A DNA stretch of 64,000 nucleotides from Marsupella aquatica (Eukaryota; Plantae; Marchantiophyta): contig OZ316899.1 in NCBI GenBank assembly GCA_973895155.1, positions 15,713,974 to 15,777,973 on the forward strand, in the 5' to 3' direction. The translations under genes were made by a program, and so were the position numbers. This document shows, in pieces, positions 58,600 through 64,000 of this stretch. The stretch's first letter is position 1. Each line of letters begins with the position of its first letter. The notes beneath the pieces are model-generated. The model was not told the DNA's origin. It saw only the letters and a program-made list of their open reading frames with translations, and ran no database searches.

Positions 58600-59000
58600 C
58601 CTAAGGACTTGTTAAGTCCTTCATTCCAAAGAACCTAAGTCCTTTGAAAGGACAAGAGTCCTTTCAAAGGAATTGGGTCCTTTAGTCCCTTGTAAAGGAC
58701 CCGAGTCCTAGGGTCTAAAGGACTCAAGTCCTTCACTCCAAAGGACATGAGTCCTTCATAAGGACTGGAGCCCTTCAACCGTAAGGACTAAAGTCCTTTC
58801 AACCCTTTAGTCCTTCAAACCCAAGGACTCTAGTCCTTCAAATCCAAGGACTCTAGTCCTTCAAACCCAAGGACTCAAATGCTTTGAAGTACTACAGTCC
58901 TTCAATCAGCAAGAATTTAGGACAAACAAGGACTCAACTCCTTTGTCAAGCAAAAGAGTAAATGGGCCACATTAATCAAGGTCCTTAGACCCAAGGACTT
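58600..59000. repeat. AAGGAC/GTCCTT motif array 2
   Basis: ~26-bp tandem units such as AGTCCTTCAAACCCAAGGACTCT, each an imperfect inverted repeat. Confidence 0.85.
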
Positions 59001-59226
59001 AACACAAATCACAAGACTCATGATAATAGCACTCTTACAATAAAATAGTTACAGTCTGACTAGTTGAAAGGGTCAAATAAGTGATAAAACAGTAGAAAGT
59101 CCTGGCCTTCTTTAGAACTCAATACCTTGCTCCCAATCATGACAGAAACTCATGGGGAAGCTCTGGTCACAATGTTCACAATGAAACACCTAGACAGGTC
59201 CGGCCAGGGCTCCAACGTTCTAATTC

Positions 59227-62200
59227 CTAAACAAACTCCCTTGAACCAACTGTAACTTGCAAAGTTAAGGAAGCTGTAATCGTTGCAAGTGTATCTCCGT
59301 CTAAGTTGTACCATCTGCTACCACCTTTTGTACCCGTACTCACCTCACAAGGAGTCAAAGCAAATCTGATGTGAACAACAGACCTTGCATGAGTATAGCT
59401 TGAAGGTGCAGCAGCATTGTACACAAATTTTGTTTCGCTCCTTGGGTTTGGTTGATACCAATGTCCCTTCAATGCTAAGTCACCTGCGTCAAACTCCACC
59501 TCATAAGCATCCCTGAATTTCTTCTGAACTTTTTGCAGCACTGCCTCACATTGAAGGATGTAAAAATCAACATTCCACTTTTGGTTGGTAAGCTTCCACA
59601 GCATAGAAATCACCCAGTGTGACCAACTCTGCCAACGAGCCTTCCTCCCATTTAGAGCCCCCTTGCCCCACTCCAAAGCTCTCTATGTCAAGTCGAACAT
59701 CACTTGGGCAATACTCCTTTCACCATCTCAAGTTTAAAATGTCCTACCCACTCTATATTCTCACATTTGGCCGATTCGTCATCTACACAATGAGCACAAA
59801 AACAACAAAGCTCCCTCACTTGTAAAAGAGTTGAAAGACTGTTACTAAAACCATCAAAGCAATGTAAAGTTCTACTTCCCTTGATCGGATCACAATCCCA
59901 TTTCTTTCTGCGATTCACATCTTGTGCACCAATTTCCCAAAACATACGCCTCACCATTTGAACATCACCATACTCTTTCTCTTGGCCAAGCGCAAATTTG
60001 TCTTTGCATAATGCAACTACGTCATGTGCATCCTCTAACCGAGCGCCATGAATTCCTTTCAACTGCTCCTTCTCAATTCCACTTTTGATGTGACCACCAA
60101 GAGCATCCTAAAATGAGTACACCAATTCAGCATCAGAGGTGAATGTATGTACAACCTGTACAATGAAAAATGTTCTACAAAGACATGCAGAGGAGCTAGA
60201 GCAAAGTTTAGAAACTCACAGCAACACCTTTCCCATGTCCTGAAGCATGGAAGAACCACTTCATTCTAGCACCATGACGCTTGTAGTATCTTGAGACATA
60301 GTAGAATGGCCTGCAAGCCTTAAACTGTGAAGCCGCTCCATCTGACCAAACCCAATGTTGATTGAATGCAATTCCTTCATCCTTCACCCATTGTGCATGT
60401 GAATCCATGCAGTGTTGCACAAACAGAGTGTCATGGGTATTGTCATCACTAATATAGAAGTGATAATCAGCTATAATATCTTGAGTCCCACTGTCATCTT
60501 GTGCCATTTGGACAGACCTACCCACAGCAGCCTCAAGAGATGTGACATCTTCCCGATGGCGATAGGTGACATGTATCAGCAAGGTTATCTGCTTGTTATC
60601 CCAATGCTGAGTTTGGATCTCATTCTGAATCTTGAATGTATAATTCTCAGAAAAATCTATAGAGGAGACTATAGTTCCCCTTGGAAATGTCTTCAAGCAC
60701 AATTTGGACTGAACACCTTGCCAATGGCCTCTGAAATTATGAATAAGAAAAGTCTTCATTGTACTTAATACCTGCAGCTTGAAATCTGGAAGAGAGTTCT
60801 CTTGTGGACCATCTTCAATCGCCTCACTTTTTGCAGCGCACTTTCAGCGGTTCCTTTCTTCTTCTCCCTCTTGGTCTGAGCCTTCTCATCTAGGTCCACA
60901 TACTGAAACGTGGACCAATCAACATAGAGCCTCTCTGCGATGTCCAGCTCCTTTTCACACCACACCAACTTATCAACCCCACATGAGTTACAATGCCCAA
61001 ATATACATTCTTTCTTGTGCCATTCCTGCCCCTCGCCTTTTGGACAAACTGCTCCCTCAATCCATTCTTGCACAGATGTAATGTGACTCTTATAAGCTAC
61101 ACAGGAAAGAACACCTTCTGAACTACATACGGAGCAATCACAAGTACAATCCTTAGGGTGGTGGTGTTTCCTGAACTTGTTGAGTGCCTCTTTCAAGAGA
61201 TCCATCTCCACATGTTGTTTGCAGCAACAAACATTTTGATCCTTCATAGTGCGGATGTAGTAGGGCTCCAGGTTAGAGAACAACCTGAGTCCTATTAAAG
61301 AAATTGCATTCCGCTCCAAGGTCACCAATCACGGAATTTCATAAAGAACTCAACCTGCAAGATGGGAGTAATGCGCAGGTTAGACTTATGGCAGAATTGA
61401 AGACAAAATTCACAGCTTCAGGAAATGAAATTCATTGCCACACAAGTAGATTCATTGAGGTCTAAATATAGTCATTCCCTGTTCTCTAGATAATCAGATT
61501 CAACCAAAACCTAGACTCACAAAATGCAAGTGAGAGAAGTAAACAAAATAATTTACCTCTGTATCCTCAAGCCAATGCTTTTGATGTGTTTCATACTTGT
61601 TCACACCCACTCGGAATCTGGCTTCATCATTCTTACAAGGAGAAATGCGAGTGTGGGTCTCCCAAAACTTTTCCACAATGTGTCTGACTTCATCAGAAAT
61701 CTTGTCACTGTGCACTTGTCTTTCCCCCATTGGATATTTGACTGATGCATCCTCATCTAGTTGTCTCCTCACTAGTGATGCTTTATGAAGGTTCTGCCGT
61801 TTGATGCCCAAAGCATTGGCCAATGAGGACTGGTACCTATTCCCTACTGTGAATTTTCCAACCAATGCTGTCAACAATGCTTGCTTTGTAGCTAGATGAT
61901 CTTTCCGCCTAGCTGTTTTTACTACTTGCAATGATTTTATGAGATCCGCCACTGCAGCACCTACAGAGTTGTCCAGCCTTGGGCAACCAAGTGTTGCGGA
62001 TTGATAATCTCTCAAAGAATTGTGCATCCAAAATCTCTGCAAGACTGATTTTTTGCATCTACATTGAACTTCTCCATTCGATTCAATAGATCTCTAATTA
62101 TCTCATGGACTAAAGCATCAATACACCTTCGCTTCCTATTGGGAGTTGGATTCACCTCACTGTTATTTGTGGCTTTTCTTTTCATCCTTGTGCTATACTG

Positions 62201-62713
62201 TTGCTTGTCCCAATATGCAACTCTTTTCCTCGATGCCTCTTTCCTTCTGAATGCCGCAGCCTTGTCTACATCAACAACCAACCCTACCTCGTCGGTACTA
62301 CACCCGACTCATCTATTCAAGGTTTGGAGATGTGCTTCCTTTCGACTTATGCTCACATCCAATCTGGACAACCTTTCCTTGTGTGCAGCCAATAGAGTCT
62401 GTAACGTAACGACATCTTGATGTGCCCGTGCAGTGATTTGAAGTGCCTCAATCTTGTCAGCATTCTCAAGCTCTGCACATTGTTGCTTTGCATGAAGAAG
62501 CAACTGCGCACCTTCCTCCTCTGCATCAGCAAGCAATTGTAGACCTTGCTGCTCTACTTCTTCCAACATGGATTGCTCAATTAGCATGGCATATTTCTTC
62601 CTTTGCTCCTTGTAGTAAACCTTGCGCCTTTGAAGATTTTGTGCTTCTCTCTTCTTTTGTGTTGATTCATCTTCTGCTTCACAAACGACCTTCACCATGA
62701 TCTCATCAATCAA
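59227..62713 (-). pseudogene. Sola-like (probably Sola2-type) DDD transposase with Cys-rich region; decayed, intron-containing
   Basis: IDFSENYTF..QNEIQTQHW...QITL, YISDDNTHD, WVWSDGAASQFK, HASGHGKG, DALGG, IKGSRTLHCF, CCFCAHC; upstream CCCKQH and CIFGHCNSCG; several frameshifts. Confidence 0.7.
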
Positions 62714-63228
62714 CTTCTAATACTCAAAGACTTGTACTCTATCAAATGCTTTGGGCGGGCCCGTGTACGGGGCTTTGTGATATCTGATGGAACTGAGTTG
62801 ATTGATTGGAACCTGCATCGCAATGTGCGGGAGTTGTTAGATTGGAACCTGCATCGCAATGTGCGTGAATTACAGTCTTCTTGGACTTAATTTCTTGCAA
62901 GGAAGTGTAGACTCATTTGCGCTCTTCTCAATAGCTAGTAGGCTAAGTATTTACCGCACAATCAGGTCATTGCAATGCAATGGGTCCAACCAAATCTTTA
63001 GCAGAACATTTAAATCACAATGTGGCATACTTGACGCATGTATGTGATTCAACTTAAGATGATGAGTGCCTGCCGTGGAAGAGCACCCGGAGCCTCTCAC
63101 TGATCAAATGATTAGCGCCTCCCTTTGGCAAGCATCTCAAGCCCGTAGTTGCACTTTCAGACGATGATTGCCTCCCTTCAACTAGCCTGCGGGATCTTAA
63201 TTTGAATTGAGCGCCTCTCATATAGTGG

Positions 63229-64000
63229 TGGACTTCACCACCCAACGCCCTCACCAATCCCAGCACTCACGCCTAAGTGCCCTTGGTGCCCAAACGCCTC
63301 CACGGATTACCTTGAGCAAGCAACCTAGTGCCCCTTTGCACCGCCAGCGGCCCCGCCCATACAAAGCCGCACTTGCTCTCTAACACGACCGCTACTCAAC
63401 AGTCCTCCCTATCTGCACAAGCAACCTAGCATCTCGGTAAGTAACCCTTCAGGATCTAGAACTCGCCAAGTCTAGCATCCTAACTCAAGCTCAACAGACG
63501 TTGGTAAATAGGTCAGCGATAGGTCCTCCCGACGCCATAAGCCGGAACCAGAACCCATGCCCACTGTTCGTCCAGAACAGCTCCTTCCTTGGGCGAGGGC
63601 CAGGTTCCTCCTTGTACCTATCCATCACCTACTGACCACCCTGACCCCAGGACATGCTCATGGCCCAAATAGCGTAGCTTGTCCCAAAGCTTGTCCTAAG
63701 CTTGTCCCAACACGTCGGGACCAGAACGGCCCCGACTCTAGCACCCGCTCCTGGTTCGCCCCACTGGTGGTCTAGGGGCCGAGCACCCTTGGGACTCAGC
63801 CTCCACACCTACTTGGCCTTGCCTCCCCAACGCAAGCTCCCTTGGGAGACTGAACGTGGCTTGGCTACTGTTCGGCAGGATTTGGCAAGCAGGCGAGCTA
63901 ACACCCGCAAACCACAAGAACCCATGGCACCTCCAGGCCCAGCTGAGCTCAGGAGGACGTAACCTCCTCAAGAGATTTCCAACGCACCCAAGAAGTCCTC
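63229..64000 (+). mobile_element. 1.4-kb element, copy 3 (runs off window)
   Basis: Collinear with 28902-~29650. Confidence 0.9.

Overview
Eukaryotic, transposon-saturated DNA with GT-AG introns and AAACCCTA telo-boxes. The TE families suggest a land plant, probably a non-seed plant; this is inference. No convincing host housekeeping gene is present. Contents: (1) two related modules built on a decayed Mutator-like DDE/SWIM transposase. Module B (~38.5-49.4 kb) pairs it head-to-head with a decayed ParB-like plus amino-methyltransferase-fold gene; module A (<1-5.65 kb) appears to share this layout but runs off the left edge. Each module carries its own family of TAGCG-spacer-CGCTA palindromes in introns and intergenic DNA. 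(2) A decayed RAD5/16-type SNF2-RING gene with 62-aa repeats, an intact Ulp1 SUMO protease ORF, and a second ParB-like pseudogene. (3) Two Ty1/copia (Bianca-like) retrotransposons with a half-tRNA-Ile PBS and an RT insertion that carries a PPT copy. (4) Abutting CACTA ends, a Harbinger fragment, a Sola-like transposase, and RING-H2 and RPA-like ORFs. (5) Three copies of a 1.4-kb TSD-less element with rolling-circle-like ends. The best candidate for an undescribed system is the MULE + ParB/MTase-fold + cognate palindrome module. All family assignments come from motif recognition by eye, with no database searches.
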